Source: Euprymna scolopes
Lineage: Eukaryota
Direction: 5' to 3' (one strand)
Length of the DNA: 64,000 bases
Assembly (NCBI GenBank): GCA_053919585.1
Contig: JBSSHM010000097.1
Shown here: positions 1 to 11,727 of the stretch, in pieces
Numbering within the stretch: the first letter of the stretch is position 1
Layout of the letters: each line of letters begins with the position of its first letter
The notes under the pieces: generated by a model
Databases searched by the model: none
What the model saw: only the letters and a program-made list of their open reading frames with translations
Told to the model about the DNA's origin: nothing
Position numbers and translations under genes: made by a program

Positions 1-392
1 AGTTGATCTGGGCGTCCATGGGCAACATCGCAGAATGGACATTTTCTTGTACAAACGCCACCCATAATCATAAAAGTCGCAGTGCCGTGGGAAAAACATT
101 CTGGAAGATTTGGACAGGAGGCTTCTTGACAAACACTTTTTAAATTGTTTTCAGCAAGTAGAGTTTTAATTTTTTGTACTTTGTGAAACCCTTCTGTTGT
201 AGGTGTGCTAACACGAATCCATGAAGGTTTTTTTAACTTTTCTTGATCAGGGATAATGGTGCGTTGGGGCAGCTTGCTATTTTTATATTCGGCTTTAGAT
301 AGTGACTCTCTTCGCTCTTTTAATGAAGCGTAGGGCAGGATGTTTTCAATGGCAACAAAATCTTTTTTACTTGTGCTTTTAGAGGCAATCAT
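1..392 (-). CDS. lipA: Lipoyl synthase, 5' part (runs off the window start)
   Basis: Manual translation gives [38 protein letters not shown], containing both LipA Cys motifs. Not in the ORF track. Confidence 0.95.
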   Translation of the reverse strand, partial: MIASKSTSKKDFVAIENILPYASLKERRESLSKAEYKNSKLPQRTIIPDQEKLKKPSWIRVSTPTTEGFHKVQKIKTLLAENNLKSVCQEASCPNLPECFSHGTATFMIMGGVCTRKCPFCDVAHGRPDQ

Positions 393-394
393 TA

Positions 395-661
395 CTAATT
401 ACAAGTTTTTTTATTGATACAATTATGGCAGTAAGGTTTGCCATTTATTTCATTGATGCTATGCATAGGAATATGAGTTTGGCATGTTGTACACTGTACT
501 AATAATTGCTCTTTCGTTTGCCTATCTTCTTGCTTTTTCGTTTGCCTATCTTCTTGCTTTTTTTTTGCTATTACAAGCAATTTTTTCCCTGCTTCATACA
601 GAAGAATAACGCCCAGAAGAATAACGCCAACTAAAAAGATAATACCTTTAAGCCATATCAT
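395..661 (-). CDS. Small membrane-anchored protein with C-terminal Zn-ribbon (PP0621-like)
   Basis: N-terminal TM; [11 protein letters not shown]...YCHNC; abuts the lipA start. Confidence 0.6.
   Translation of the reverse strand: MIWLKGIIFLVGVILLGVILLYEAGKKLLVIAKKKQEDRQTKKQEDRQTKEQLLVQCTTCQTHIPMHSINEINGKPYCHNCINKKTCN
512..559. repeat. 24-bp tandem duplication (KKQEDRQT x2); also a 15-bp duplication at 599-628 (GVILL x2)
   Basis: tttcgtttgcctatcttcttgctt twice; cagaagaataacgcc twice. Confidence 0.9.
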
Positions 662-778
662 CCTAACCTCAACTTAGCAAGCCCTACAATGGTTACACGT
701 TATTTTATGAGCAATCTATCTAGGTAATGACTTTTTATTTGACGGAAGTGCTAATGATAATGGATGCGGATTTGTTCG

Positions 779-1303
779 CTAACTTTTATAGCGATTAATT
801 CCGTCTATAATTTCCTTATATGCACCCTTCACATCATCCCATTTCTCTATTTTGACCCATTTTCCTGGTTCTAGAGACTTGTATTGCTCAAAAAAATGTT
901 CAATTTGTTCCTTAAGTAGAGGAATTTGCTCTATTTGGGTAACGTTTTTGTAGATTGGAGTAAGCTTATCAATTGGTAGGGCAATAACTTTAGCATCTTT
1001 CCCTCCATCATCGGTCATATTGAGTACACCAATTGGTCGGCATTTAATGACGGATCCAATCATAAGTGGGTAGGGAGTAATGACCAAGACATCAACGGGG
1101 TCACCATCTTCGGCTAAAGTATTGTTAATGTATCCGTAGTTTGCAGGATAAAACATGGGAGAAGACATAAAGCGATCTACCCAAATTGAATTGGTTGCTT
1201 TATCGACTTCGTATTTTATTGGTGAGGCATTTTGAGGAATCTCAATGATGACATTGATTTGTTCAGGTGTAGAATCACCTGCAGGTATTGTGGATAAACT
1301 CAT
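779..1303 (-). CDS. ppa: Inorganic pyrophosphatase
   Basis: [23 protein letters not shown] family I PPase motif. Confidence 0.97.
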   Translation of the reverse strand: MSLSTIPAGDSTPEQINVIIEIPQNASPIKYEVDKATNSIWVDRFMSSPMFYPANYGYINNTLAEDGDPVDVLVITPYPLMIGSVIKCRPIGVLNMTDDGGKDAKVIALPIDKLTPIYKNVTQIEQIPLLKEQIEHFFEQYKSLEPGKWVKIEKWDDVKGAYKEIIDGINRYKS

Positions 1304-1353
1304 TTTTTTGCTATGATGGTTAGAAATTTATTAGATTATTTGTATAGGTTGTC

Positions 1354-3410
1354 CTAGCCCCCACTTTGACTACTTGGAAAAAGGTCGCTTGTCTCTGGGT
1401 TAACAATTGGTTTTGATTTTAGGACTTCTAAATCATTTTTCAATTGTTCTCTTAAGATGGCACGAATGAAGTCACTAAAGTTTGTGTATGGGATACCATA
1501 ACGTTGAAACTGAAGTTGCTCTGCAGATATGGTTGCATCTCGTAATGCTGAGGGAACAATTTGATCGCCGCTTGATAATCTTCTTGGCTTGGCAATAAAT
1601 TTTCTTCCACGCCAGCGGATATGAATTTTTGATAATCTAACTCGAGATTCACTGATAAAATCAAAAACACCATTGCCAATGACAGTTCCTTTTGAGAGTT
1701 CTTTGTAAAAGAGTTTAGCAGGGGCACCTTGTGGCATTTTAAGCAAGAAGTCTTCACGATAAAAGGCTCGAGTAAAGCTGACTCGTATTTTCATAAGTTG
1801 TTGATCGGGATCATACGCCGGTCGACCATCAATACTCAGTGGAAATAAAATGGTTTCACCTAAAACTTTTTTTGTTGTTCTAATGGCAATATCACGAATT
1901 TGCTTGTTTACTAATGTGCGACTATCACGTTGGTTTTGCCGTAGTATAGCAATTTTTTTGTTTCTTTCATCAACTTTTTTACGGTAATTAACAATTTGTT
2001 TGTTAATGCGTGGACCATAAATACGAGCGGCACGATTAACAAAGACAAGTTGACTTTCGAAAGGATCTTTTCGTAGATTGCTCAATGAGGGTAATTGAGG
2101 TTTAGGGATTAATGGTAGACTGAGTACTCTCTGCCTATCTTTATAAAGCCTTGAAACTCGCTTTCGAATATCATCCCATGGCTTGTAGGTAAATCCACTG
2201 CTTGCCCAAATTTGAATATCTTGATTACCCCCACCAACAACTAAGATCCAATTTCTATTGGATACATATTCCAATGATTTTGAACGCAAGTAAGGAATGG
2301 TAAGGGACTGAAGGCTCGCCCATTAGGGAAAGACCAAATACGGATTCTATCATCTAAAGAGGAACTGATTAGCCAATATCCATCATCGGAGAAGACAGTT
2401 TTTACTACATCATCTGTATGTCCTCGTAAGATTTTGTATAGCGATCCTTTATTTAGATCCCATATTCTAATGGTGTTGTCACGGCTGGCTGTCACCACAT
2501 ATTTTTCATTAGGTGAAAAGTTAACGTTATTGACTACGGCTCGGTGTCCAGGTAGGCTGACTTCTAGTGAGTAAAAACGAGTTTCCCAAATTTGAACGGT
2601 ATAGTTAACATCATTTGAGGAGATGCCCGATGAGGCAAGCCTTAAGCCATCTCCGGAGAACTTGAGAGTGTTAACTCTGAGAATATCATCAATACTATAA
2701 AGTTGTTTCCCTGTTACTGTATCCCAAATAAAGATGTTACCACCAGTATCTGCAGAGGCGATACGAGAACCATCTTCAGATACTGTCATGGCACTGATGC
2801 TTCGTGAGTGTTGTAAGATAGCAATATTAAACCCAGTTTCTTGTTGCCAAATTCTGATAGTATTGTCCTCATGGACCGAGATGATTGTTCCCCCATCTGG
2901 AGTTAGGGCAATTTCCCGACCAACAGAATCAAGTTCCCAGCTGCGAATAAGCGATAAACTATCAAGATCCCAAATATTGATTTGTGCACCGATTGAAGCC
3001 ATAAATGCTCCGTTTCTTGAAACTCCTATGTCATGAATTACCTCATCAGCAATTTGCACATTGATTAAGGGTTGATTGGTATCCCTCCACGCGGATACAT
3101 CTTTGGAATTTTTCCAACGGCTTAGTGATATGCCTGGGATAACAAATGTTCCTAAATTTTTTCTAGCTCTATTTGAAGCACTGCGGATAAAACCGGAGGA
3201 TTCTTGGGCACGAACGGTGATTTCTTTATTGGTTTTATTGGTGTTTTTTGGTTTATTGCTACTGACTTTGTTAGTGCTTTTGTCTTCTTTAGAGATTAGG
3301 GACTTTAAGTCATCAAATTTAGAACTTATATATCCACAACCGCTGATTACCGAACTAAGGATAAGAAGCAATAAAATATTGCGTAATTGTTGAAATAAGT
3401 TTTTTCTCAT
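1354..3410 (-). CDS. WD40-repeat lipoprotein with uncharacterised C-terminal domain, split by one frameshift (~2290-2315)
   Basis: Lipobox ISGC; GH...WD repeats in ORF 2241-3410; the last repeat (ILVVGGGNQDIQIW) continues in ORF 1354-2289. Confidence 0.8.
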
Positions 3411-3793
3411 TGTGTCTTAATTCTTTTGATGTATCAATACAAATGCACCTGTTCAAGTGCGTCATAAACATGACGTTAGTATTTTTTAACGTATCGTTTG
3501 ATTTAATTCTGTAACCTGTTTTTTTAACTTTATTTAATAGCCTTTAAGAACCAGTAGTCATGGGATATCCCGTGTATATTTCTGACTAGCTACACCCTTC
3601 TAACGTACTATTATAAGTTAAAAGTCTTTAAAAAAAGATGTTTTTATGTATTTTTTGCCATTTATCAAAGAAAATTAAAGTAATTTATCAAAAGATAGAG
3701 GTTTTCTATCTTATTTAATTAAGTTTTTTTATAATATACTCTACAATTTTCCTTTGTTTAGATGGTTTAAATTAAATGATGTATGAATGATGT

Positions 3794-4714
3794 ATGAAGC
3801 ATAATTTCCTTAACTATATTCCTGTTATTTGTATCAGATTGGTAGCTAAAATTCCGGCTAAATTCATGTATGGTTTAGCATGGGTAGGTGCTAAGTTAGT
3901 AGCGCTTTCTAAATTGAATATAAAATATAAGACGAAATTAAATTTAAAAATTGCTTTTCCAGAGCTTCAAGAGGCGGTATTAAATCGTCATTTATTTCAG
4001 GCTATGCATCACTTGTTGTATAGTGCCTATGAAATTTCTAGGGTATGGTGTAGTCCTTTAAAAAAATTAAAACAACAAATTTTAACCGTACATGGAGAAG
4101 AGATATTAAAAATGCATCTTGATAACAATAGACCGGTTATTCTACTTTGTCCGCACTTAGGATGTTGGGAGATGGTTGGATATTGGGTGAACTCTATTGG
4201 CTATAACATATCCATACTTTATAAGCCTATGTCCAATCCTTGTTTAGATGATTTTATGATTCAAGCACGAGCTAAGGGAGGTAATGAGATTGTTCCAGTT
4301 ACCGCTAAAGGAGTAAAAAAAATCTATCAAGATTTAAAAAACAAAAAAATGGTGGGTATTCTTCCGGATCAAGTGCCGCAAGAAGAATCAAGTTATATGA
4401 TGAGTCCTTTTTTTTCAGAGGATGCAGCAACAATGACATTGATACACACGCTATGTAGTAGGACGAATTCATCAGTCGTTTTTATTACGGCGGTGCGTGA
4501 ATCTTATAAAGGATTTCATATCCATATTCAATCAGGAGAAGAGATAATTGATTCAGATGTGCGTCAATCAACAATGAAAATGAATAAAGGCATAGAAAAA
4601 TTAATTGAAATTGCTCCAGATCAATATCAATGGTCATATAGTAGATACCGCTATAATCCATCAGTTGATTATAAACAGGGGATGATAAAGAACTCTTGTG
4701 TTGTTAAAAAATAG
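3794..4714 (+). CDS. lpxL: Lipid A late acyltransferase (LpxL/HtrB family)
   Basis: PHLGCWE, ILPDQ and PDQYQWSYSRY motifs. Confidence 0.85.
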   Translation: MKHNFLNYIPVICIRLVAKIPAKFMYGLAWVGAKLVALSKLNIKYKTKLNLKIAFPELQEAVLNRHLFQAMHHLLYSAYEISRVWCSPLKKLKQQILTVHGEEILKMHLDNNRPVILLCPHLGCWEMVGYWVNSIGYNISILYKPMSNPCLDDFMIQARAKGGNEIVPVTAKGVKKIYQDLKNKKMVGILPDQVPQEESSYMMSPFFSEDAATMTLIHTLCSRTNSSVVFITAVRESYKGFHIHIQSGEEIIDSDVRQSTMKMNKGIEKLIEIAPDQYQWSYSRYRYNPSVDYKQGMIKNSCVVKK

Positions 4715-4719
4715 ATATT

Positions 4720-5199
4720 TTGATGAAAAAAATTATTTTATTATTGGTAGCCATTACAGTAAGTGCATGCTCACAACAGAATAATTACCACAATGTGGTA
4801 TGGAAAGATTTTACTAATCAGGAAGTGAGGTTAAAAGCCTATAAGGGGCGTTGGGTAGTGGTGAATTATTGGGCAACATGGTGTAAACCTTGTATAAAAG
4901 AGATGCCCATTTTACAAACTTATTATGAACAATTCTCTCCGAATGTTGTGATAATAGGTGCCAATATTGAGTATGGTGATGGTTTTGTTTCTGAGCAGGC
5001 AATTGTTCAATTTACACACAAGCTTAATCTAACCTTTCCAATTGTTAAGGCTAATCTAAATTTAGATAAGACTTCTTTGGGAAAAATCAAAGCTTTGCCT
5101 ACGACGAGCATTATTAATCCCAAAGGAGAGATTGTTTATACTCATATAGGGGAAATTAATCGCTCAATATTAGATCAACATATCATATTATCCCAATGA
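4720..5199 (+). CDS. TlpA-family thiol:disulfide oxidoreductase lipoprotein
   Basis: Lipobox VSAC; NYWATWCKPCIKEMP. Confidence 0.9.
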   Translation: MMKKIILLLVAITVSACSQQNNYHNVVWKDFTNQEVRLKAYKGRWVVVNYWATWCKPCIKEMPILQTYYEQFSPNVVIIGANIEYGDGFVSEQAIVQFTHKLNLTFPIVKANLNLDKTSLGKIKALPTTSIINPKGEIVYTHIGEINRSILDQHIILSQ

Positions 5200-5792
5200 A
5201 GTTTATAAATAAGCCGAATAAACGAGTCAAAACTACAGATGGGCAAGTTACTTATTTATCACGTTCTAACGCTGTGGTTGGAGAGGTGTTTCTTTATTCA
5301 ATTTGTGATCGGCAATGGTATGTATTGCTTGGTAAACGTGGTACAGGAGTTCCTGATTTTCAAGGTTATTGGGGATTTCCTTGTGGATATTTAGATTGGG
5401 ATGAACGTTTGGGAGAGGCAGTGATTCGTGAAATATGGGAGGAAACCGGACTGTTGATAAATGATTCAAGCCTGCAAGTTCATATAGAAAAATCATACAA
5501 TATTTTTAAGCATGAAGATCAGATGCCAACTTTTTGGCAAGTTATCGATGATCCAAAAAGTGGTATCAAGCAAAATATTAGCTTTCATTATGGATTTTTG
5601 TTGCGTTGGAGTGCAGAAATATTGCCTAAACTCACCATAGATAATGCTTTTGATAATGAGGCAGAAAGTGCCAATTGGATAAGAATGGAAGAGGCGTTGG
5701 AAAAAAAATTGGCATTTAATCATAACCAGCGATTAGAAGAGATTTTACATACTCAGAAATTATTATTCGATGAAATGGAGATACAGAAGTAG
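5196..5792 (+). CDS. NUDIX hydrolase
   Basis: Nudix box GYLDWDERLGEAVIREIWEETGL; LAFNH. Confidence 0.92.
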   Translation: MKFINKPNKRVKTTDGQVTYLSRSNAVVGEVFLYSICDRQWYVLLGKRGTGVPDFQGYWGFPCGYLDWDERLGEAVIREIWEETGLLINDSSLQVHIEKSYNIFKHEDQMPTFWQVIDDPKSGIKQNISFHYGFLLRWSAEILPKLTIDNAFDNEAESANWIRMEEALEKKLAFNHNQRLEEILHTQKLLFDEMEIQK

Positions 5793-5820
5793 ATATGCAA
5801 AAGTATCATGTTTAAGTTCA

Positions 5821-6285
5821 GAAATATTTTATGCTTATGGTGGACGTAGTTTTTCTATTTGGAACGCTGAAAGTTTGAATTTAGTATGGGATAGTGGTGA
5901 TAAATTCTCCTCTCTCATTGCTCACTATTAACCAGAACGTTTTAATTGGGATGGTCGTAGAATTGATAAACGTAGTGGCAACAAAGGTGGTGAGCCAGAG
6001 GCAATTGCTGTTGGAAAAATTGGTAATGAGTATTATGCTTTTATTGATCTTGAGTGACAATAAAGTGTATTGTTAGTGTACAACATATTTGATCCTAAAA
6101 ATCCCCGATTTGTTGATTATCATAATACAGCTGGGGAAAAGAACTTTTCACCAGAAGGAATTGTATTTGTGTCAGCTGAAGATTTGCCTAATAAAAAGTC
6201 TTCATTAATGGTGAGTTATGAGTATGCCCCAAGTGATCAGCAACCACAAGCAACGGTTATTTATCAAATAAACATCAAAGAGTAA
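5821..6285 (+). pseudogene. C-terminal remnant of a choice-of-anchor I / alkaline-phosphatase-associated beta-propeller gene
   Basis: One frame reads YAYGGRSFSIW...DKRSGNKGGEPEAIAVGKIG...AFIDLE*Q*SVLLVYNI...SPEGIVFVSA with three in-frame stops and no 5' part. Confidence 0.8.
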
Positions 6286-6299
6286 TTAATTACATGTGC

Positions 6300-6327
6300 A
6301 AGAGCCAAGGACATTGCCTTGGCTCTT
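6300..6327. terminator. Hairpin between convergent genes
   Basis: aagagccaagg-acattg-ccttggctctt, 11-bp stem. Confidence 0.75.
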
Positions 6328-6363
6328 CTATTATTAAAGGCAGCAAAGCTACTGTTCTTGAGA

Positions 6364-8031
6364 TTAGAATAGTCCTTCTATTTCCCCATTATCATTAAAA
6401 CAAATTTTCTCAGCTGATGGTGTTCTAGGTAAGCCGGGCATGGTCATAATGCTACCACATATAGCAACAATAAACCCAGCCCCAGCAGAGAGTCTTACTT
6501 CTCTTACTTCAATAATATGATCGCTAGGAGCACCAATTAATGCCTCATTTGTGGAAAAGCTATAAGGAGTTTTTGCCATACAGATAGGCAGATCCCCATA
6601 TCCTTGTTCTTCCCATTCCTTGAGTTGAGATTTTACTGCAGAAAATGTTTGCACATCTTTGGCACCATAAAGGCTTGTGCTGATTTGGGTGATTTTATCC
6701 AGTAGTGGTTGTTTGTAATCATAGAGTTGTTTAAAGCTATTTTCTTGATCACAAAGTTTTACTACGGATTCTGCTAAATCTGTAATGCCATCTGATCCTT
6801 TCCCCCAATGTTCAGCAACAAAGCTTCCAACACCATGCTCACGACTTGTGAATGCTTGAATGGTTGCTAATTCTTCATCGGTATCAGTGACAAATATATT
6901 AATTGCCACAGCGATAGGTAAGCCAAATTTTTTGATATTTTTTATGTGTCGATCAAGATTGCTCAATCCTTTTTTTAACGCTTCCACATTGGGTTCAGTA
7001 AGATTGTTTTTAGCAATGCCTCCATGCATTTTTAATGCTCGAACAGTTGCTACTAGCACAACAGCAGAAGGTTTTAAATCTCCATAATGACATTTAATGT
7101 CAAAGAATTTTTCTGCACCAAGATCTGCGCCAAACCCTGCTTCTGTTACAACATAGTCGGTAAGTTTTAGGGCAGATTTTGTTGCCATCATTGAGTTGCA
7201 TCCATGGGCGATATTGGCAAAGGGACCACCGTGAATAAAGGCAGGATTATTTTCTAAGGTTTGTACTAAGTTTGGTGAAATGGCATCTTTTAATAATACG
7301 CTCATTGCCCCAGTAACTTTCAATTGTTTGGCTGTAATAAGCTTGCCATCTTTACTAAAACCAATCACGATGTTTCCTAGGCGTTCTTGTAAACCTTTCA
7401 TATCGTTAGCAAGACATAGTATTGCCATAATCTCTGATGCAACAGTAATGTCAAATCCAGATTCACGAGGATAGCCGTGGGCAGTACCACCCATGGCAAT
7501 GACGTTATTACGTAGTGCACGATCATTCATATCTAAAACACGTTTCCATTGAATGCGACGTATATCTAAATTTAATGCATTTCCCCAGTGAATATGATTG
7601 TCAAGTGTTGCAGAGAGTAGATTGTGTGCAGAGGTAATTGCATGAAAGTCCCCAGTAAAATGTAGGTTAATATCTTCCATTGGTATAACTTGAGCATATC
7701 CTCCTCCGGCTGCTCCCCCTTTGACTCCAAAACAGGGTCCTAAGGATGGTTCTCTTAGGCACACCATGGCTTTTTTTCCAATACGATTAAGACCATCTCC
7801 TAAGCCAACAGTAGTGGTGGTTTTGCCTTCACCAGCAGGTGTTGGACTAATGGCTGAAACAAGAATGAGCTTGCTTTTTTTATTAGGAAGTGATTGTAGG
7901 TAATCTAAGTTGATTTTTGCTTTAGTGTGACCATAGGGTTCAAGATATTTTTCTTCAATACCTAATTTGTTAAGTGCAACATCTTTAATGGGCAGTATGT
8001 TGGCTTTTCTTGCGATTTCTATATCGGACAT
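6364..8031 (-). CDS. fhs: Formate--tetrahydrofolate ligase
   Basis: [35 protein letters not shown]. Confidence 0.98.
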   Translation of the reverse strand: MSDIEIARKANILPIKDVALNKLGIEEKYLEPYGHTKAKINLDYLQSLPNKKSKLILVSAISPTPAGEGKTTTTVGLGDGLNRIGKKAMVCLREPSLGPCFGVKGGAAGGGYAQVIPMEDINLHFTGDFHAITSAHNLLSATLDNHIHWGNALNLDIRRIQWKRVLDMNDRALRNNVIAMGGTAHGYPRESGFDITVASEIMAILCLANDMKGLQERLGNIVIGFSKDGKLITAKQLKVTGAMSVLLKDAISPNLVQTLENNPAFIHGGPFANIAHGCNSMMATKSALKLTDYVVTEAGFGADLGAEKFFDIKCHYGDLKPSAVVLVATVRALKMHGGIAKNNLTEPNVEALKKGLSNLDRHIKNIKKFGLPIAVAINIFVTDTDEELATIQAFTSREHGVGSFVAEHWGKGSDGITDLAESVVKLCDQENSFKQLYDYKQPLLDKITQISTSLYGAKDVQTFSAVKSQLKEWEEQGYGDLPICMAKTPYSFSTNEALIGAPSDHIIEVREVRLSAGAGFIVAICGSIMTMPGLPRTPSAEKICFNDNGEIEGLF

Positions 8032-8147
8032 AATGTTAAAAAAATTATTTTAAGTTGCAGTAAGAGATCTTAAAATAAAAAAACAATAATTTAAAAATTT
8101 TTCTTATTTTTTTTCATCTTTTTTTATGCAAAAATCCCAGTACATAA

Positions 8148-8176
8148 TAAAAAAGGCAACATTGTTGCCTTTTTTA
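8148..8176 (-). terminator. Intrinsic terminator downstream of the DUF2914-like gene
   Basis: taaaaaaggcaac-att-gttgcctttttta. Confidence 0.8.
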
Positions 8177-8218
8177 CATAATGATCATAGCCTTAAAGGC
8201 TAGTCATCGATCAATCAA

Positions 8219-8656
8219 TTAGTTAACAGAGAAATGTACAACACATAGAGTCTCTTCTGGCTCATCTACTGTGCTGATAACCACTCTCCAGTCTCCTTTG
8301 TGAAAATAAGGATCAAGATTCTTAGAACTCCATGTACGCCATCCACCACTGACGCCAATGCGTAGACTAACGTTAGCTTGTTCGCTCCATTCATCATCAA
8401 CTTTTTGTTGCCAGCTGTGTATTAAGCGAGTATCTTCATTGTTGCTAACACGATTCCACAAATAGATTTTATTAACCGAATCAGAATTTACAGAAGCAGG
8501 GCTTTCTTCATTGCCACATGCTTGAGTTTCAGAGATTGATCCGGAAGGATTACGTTCTACAATGTCTTCTGCAAGTACGGCCTCACGAATTTCAGTAGAA
8601 GCAAAAATAGGCGTAGATAACAACAGGGCGAATGTTATAAAGATTAATTTTTTCAT
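8219..8656 (-). CDS. Secreted DUF2914-like protein
   Basis: Signal peptide; WRTWSSKNL...GDWRV. Confidence 0.75.
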   Translation of the reverse strand: MKKLIFITFALLLSTPIFASTEIREAVLAEDIVERNPSGSISETQACGNEESPASVNSDSVNKIYLWNRVSNNEDTRLIHSWQQKVDDEWSEQANVSLRIGVSGGWRTWSSKNLDPYFHKGDWRVVISTVDEPEETLCVVHFSVN

Positions 8657-8760
8657 TTTGTTAAATTTCTTAGTTTTATTAAATAAATTACCTCAAGTAC
8701 AATTACTAATAATTATAATACACATTACAAAAGAAATTATTTATAAGGTGTTTAAACTTG

Positions 8761-9690
8761 CTAAATATTTGCATGTGTCATTAAGAGTGAACCAAAAATA
8801 CCTGATGAATCGCCAAGTTCATTTTGTACAATTTGAATGTTGAGTTTTTCTTGTTGGAAATGCCTTGCAATGGCTTTTTTTCCTTCTGTGTAGAGTAGGG
8901 GGATTTTTGAAACACCACCGCCAAGCACAATAATGTCAGGGTCAAACGTATAAATAAAGTTAGCAAACCCTTGACCAAAGTAGATAAAGTATTTTTCAAA
9001 TGTTGTTAGTGCTTGTGCTTCTTTATGTAGATAGCGTTGGTAAATTTCAGGGGTTTTAATTCCTGTTTCATGTGGATTATATTGTTGATAGATTCGTTCA
9101 ATCGCTGTTCCAGATAAGTAGTTCTCAATACAACCTTTATTACCACACCAACAGGGAATACCATTGTAATCAATACTAGTGTGTCCAAGTTCAGCAGCGT
9201 AACCATTTTTTCCAGTATGGATTTTTTGGTGGGTAATGAATCCTCCTCCTAATCCTGTACCAATAATAACCCCTAATACATTACTATATCCTTTTCCAGC
9301 TCCCAATATAGCTTCTGATAGGGTAAAACAATTGGCATCATTTTGTATATCAATGGGCAAGTTAAGTAACGAGCGTAAATCTTTTTGCAAAGGTTTACCA
9401 TTCATTACAGTAAGATTGCAATTTCTTACTAAATTAGTTTGAGGGTTAATTGATCCAGGGATTCCCATGCCAATAGTTTGAATGCTTTCATGTGCTAGGG
9501 AAAGACATTCATTGGTGAGGTGATGAATTTGTGCAAGTAAACCTCTATAGCCATTTTTTTTATTACAAGGCTCTCGTTTTCTGTGAATGATATTAAGAGG
9601 GTTATCTTTGCATAGGATTACTTCAATTTTGCTTCCACCAAGATCAATACCAATATTGTATCCATTGAGTAGGTTTTTTTGTTGATTCAC
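8761..9690 (-). CDS. ROK-family sugar kinase (Mak/fructokinase-like)
   Basis: GIDLGGSKIE, NDANCFTLSEA, ELGH...CWCGNKGCIE. Confidence 0.92.
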   Translation of the reverse strand: MNQQKNLLNGYNIGIDLGGSKIEVILCKDNPLNIIHRKREPCNKKNGYRGLLAQIHHLTNECLSLAHESIQTIGMGIPGSINPQTNLVRNCNLTVMNGKPLQKDLRSLLNLPIDIQNDANCFTLSEAILGAGKGYSNVLGVIIGTGLGGGFITHQKIHTGKNGYAAELGHTSIDYNGIPCWCGNKGCIENYLSGTAIERIYQQYNPHETGIKTPEIYQRYLHKEAQALTTFEKYFIYFGQGFANFIYTFDPDIIVLGGGVSKIPLLYTEGKKAIARHFQQEKLNIQIVQNELGDSSGIFGSLLMTHANI

Positions 9691-9705
9691 GAGGGGATAG
9701 GACGG

Positions 9706-10842
9706 CTATTTAGTAGCAGAAGTTGTATGAAAACGCCTTTCAGTGTCTATATCAAATAAACACAGTTGTTTTGTATTAACAGATAGGTTGAGGAAATCTC
9801 CCACGGATATGCATGTATCAGAAGGTAGACGAATGGTGAGTTGTGTATGTTTATTATTGGACTTTACTGAGCTAATAATATAGGTATCTGATCCAGCTGG
9901 TTCAACTACTTCTGATTTAAGTTGGATAGTGTTTGAGGTATGTGTAGTAGTTTCTGTATGCAGTGAAAAATGTTCTGGACGTATGCCAAGTATTACACGT
10001 TGCCCATTTTCAAGACCGCTAAATAATTGATTGGTAGTAATAGCAAGAGGACCTTCATTAGTATAAAAAGTCAAAGTGGTATGATTGTTGTTAATTGTAG
10101 CAACGGCATCAATTAAATTCATGCTTGGTGAACCCATAAATTGAGCAACAAAGCAATCATTAGGATAGCAGTATATCTCATGAGGTGTTCCAATTTGCTT
10201 AATTATGCCATCATGCATGACGACTATTTTTGTTGCCAAGGTCATTGCTTCAATTTGATCATGAGTAACGTATACCATTGTCGTGCCAAGTTCTTGATGT
10301 AGATATTTGATTTCTGTACGCATTGAAACACGAAGCTTAGCATCAAGATTTGATAGAGGTTCATCGAAGAGAAACAATTTTGGTTCACGTACCAATGCAC
10401 GTGCCATGGCAACACGTTGCCTTTGCCCACCAGAGAGTTGAGCAGGCTTTCTTTTTAATAATTGCCTAAGTTGTAATTTTTCAGAAACTTTGATGAGTTT
10501 CTCTTGTTGAATTTTTTTATCCACTTTATGCACACTCATGGCAAAAGTAATATTTTTCTCAACATTCATATTGGGATACAGTGCGTAGGATTGAAATACC
10601 ATAGCAATATCTCGTTCACTAGGGGGAGTGCCTGTGAGTTCTTTTCCTAAAAGGGAGATCGTTCCTGAGGTGGGTTCTTCAAAGCCAGCAATACAATTTA
10701 GCAGAGTTGATTTGCCACATCCAGAGGGACCAACTAAAACAAGAAATTCTCCTTCAATGGTATCAATATTAATATCGTGAAGAATTTTAGTATCACCAAA
10801 ATTTTTATAAACATTATGAATATATAAGGCTGAGTTTTTCAT
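9706..10842 (-). CDS. Sugar ABC transporter ATP-binding subunit (MalK/GtsD-like)
   Basis: GPSGCGKST, LSGGQRQR, DEPLSNLDAKLR. Confidence 0.95.
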   Translation of the reverse strand: MKNSALYIHNVYKNFGDTKILHDINIDTIEGEFLVLVGPSGCGKSTLLNCIAGFEEPTSGTISLLGKELTGTPPSERDIAMVFQSYALYPNMNVEKNITFAMSVHKVDKKIQQEKLIKVSEKLQLRQLLKRKPAQLSGGQRQRVAMARALVREPKLFLFDEPLSNLDAKLRVSMRTEIKYLHQELGTTMVYVTHDQIEAMTLATKIVVMHDGIIKQIGTPHEIYCYPNDCFVAQFMGSPSMNLIDAVATINNNHTTLTFYTNEGPLAITTNQLFSGLENGQRVILGIRPEHFSLHTETTTHTSNTIQLKSEVVEPAGSDTYIISSVKSNNKHTQLTIRLPSDTCISVGDFLNLSVNTKQLCLFDIDTERRFHTTSATK

Positions 10843-10859
10843 TATTAAGTTTGTTTTAA

Positions 10860-11727
10860 TTAACCTTTAACAGAACCGGCAGTTAATCCACGAATAAAAT
10901 ATTTTCCAGCAATAATATAAACTAAAATGGTGGGTATTGCGGCTAACAGTGCTGCTGCCATATCTACGTTATATTCTTTAACCCCAGTAGTGGATTGAAT
11001 AATATTTTGTAAGGCAACAGTGATTGGTTGTGAACCTGATTGAGAAAAGGAAACACCAAATAAAAAAATCATTCCATATTTGAGTAAATTGCCAAATAAT
11101 CGTGACGACTGTGATGGGAATGGAGATAGGTAGCATAATGCGGAAGAAAATTCTAAAGAATCCAGCACCATCTATTTTTGCTGCACGAATAATCTCAGGC
11201 GATACTGTAACAAAAAAGTTGCGGTAAAACAACGTAGTAAAAGCCAAGCCATACACAACATGAATAAAAATTAATCCATGTAAGCTACCGGCAAGCTTCA
11301 TTATCCCCAATAGCTTTGCCATCGGTAATAAAATGGCTTGAAAAGGAATAAAGCATCCAAAGAGCATTAATCCAAACAGAATATTGCTGCCATAGAAACG
11401 CCATTGAGCAAGAATATAACCATTCAATGCACCAATGATGGTAGAGATGGCAATAGCAGGGATTGTCATTTGTATGGAATTCCAAAAATACGGGCGTATG
11501 CCATCACATTGAATGCCTGCACAAGCCTCGCCCCAAGCCTTGATCCATGCATGAAAAGATGGATCGGTGGGTAAAGAGAGTAAACTACCGTTACGAATTT
11601 CTTGTAAGTCTTTAAAGCTTGTGATAAGCATAACATAAAGAGGCATCATATAGAATGCTAAGAATACAATGATAATACTATAGAGTAGTATTCTTAGAAT
11701 AGTATTTTGATTAGTATTCTTTATCAT
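10860..11727 (-). CDS. Sugar ABC permease (GtsC-like), frameshift at the A7 run 11062-11068
   Basis: RAAKIDGA loop; removing one base restores WNDFLFGVSFSQ...FIRGLTAGSVKG. Confidence 0.9.

Noticed and set aside
5821-6285. Stop-codon reassignment or selenocysteine readthrough
   Set aside because: The stops are a mix of TAA and TGA, and TAA, TAG and TGA all end normal genes in this window.
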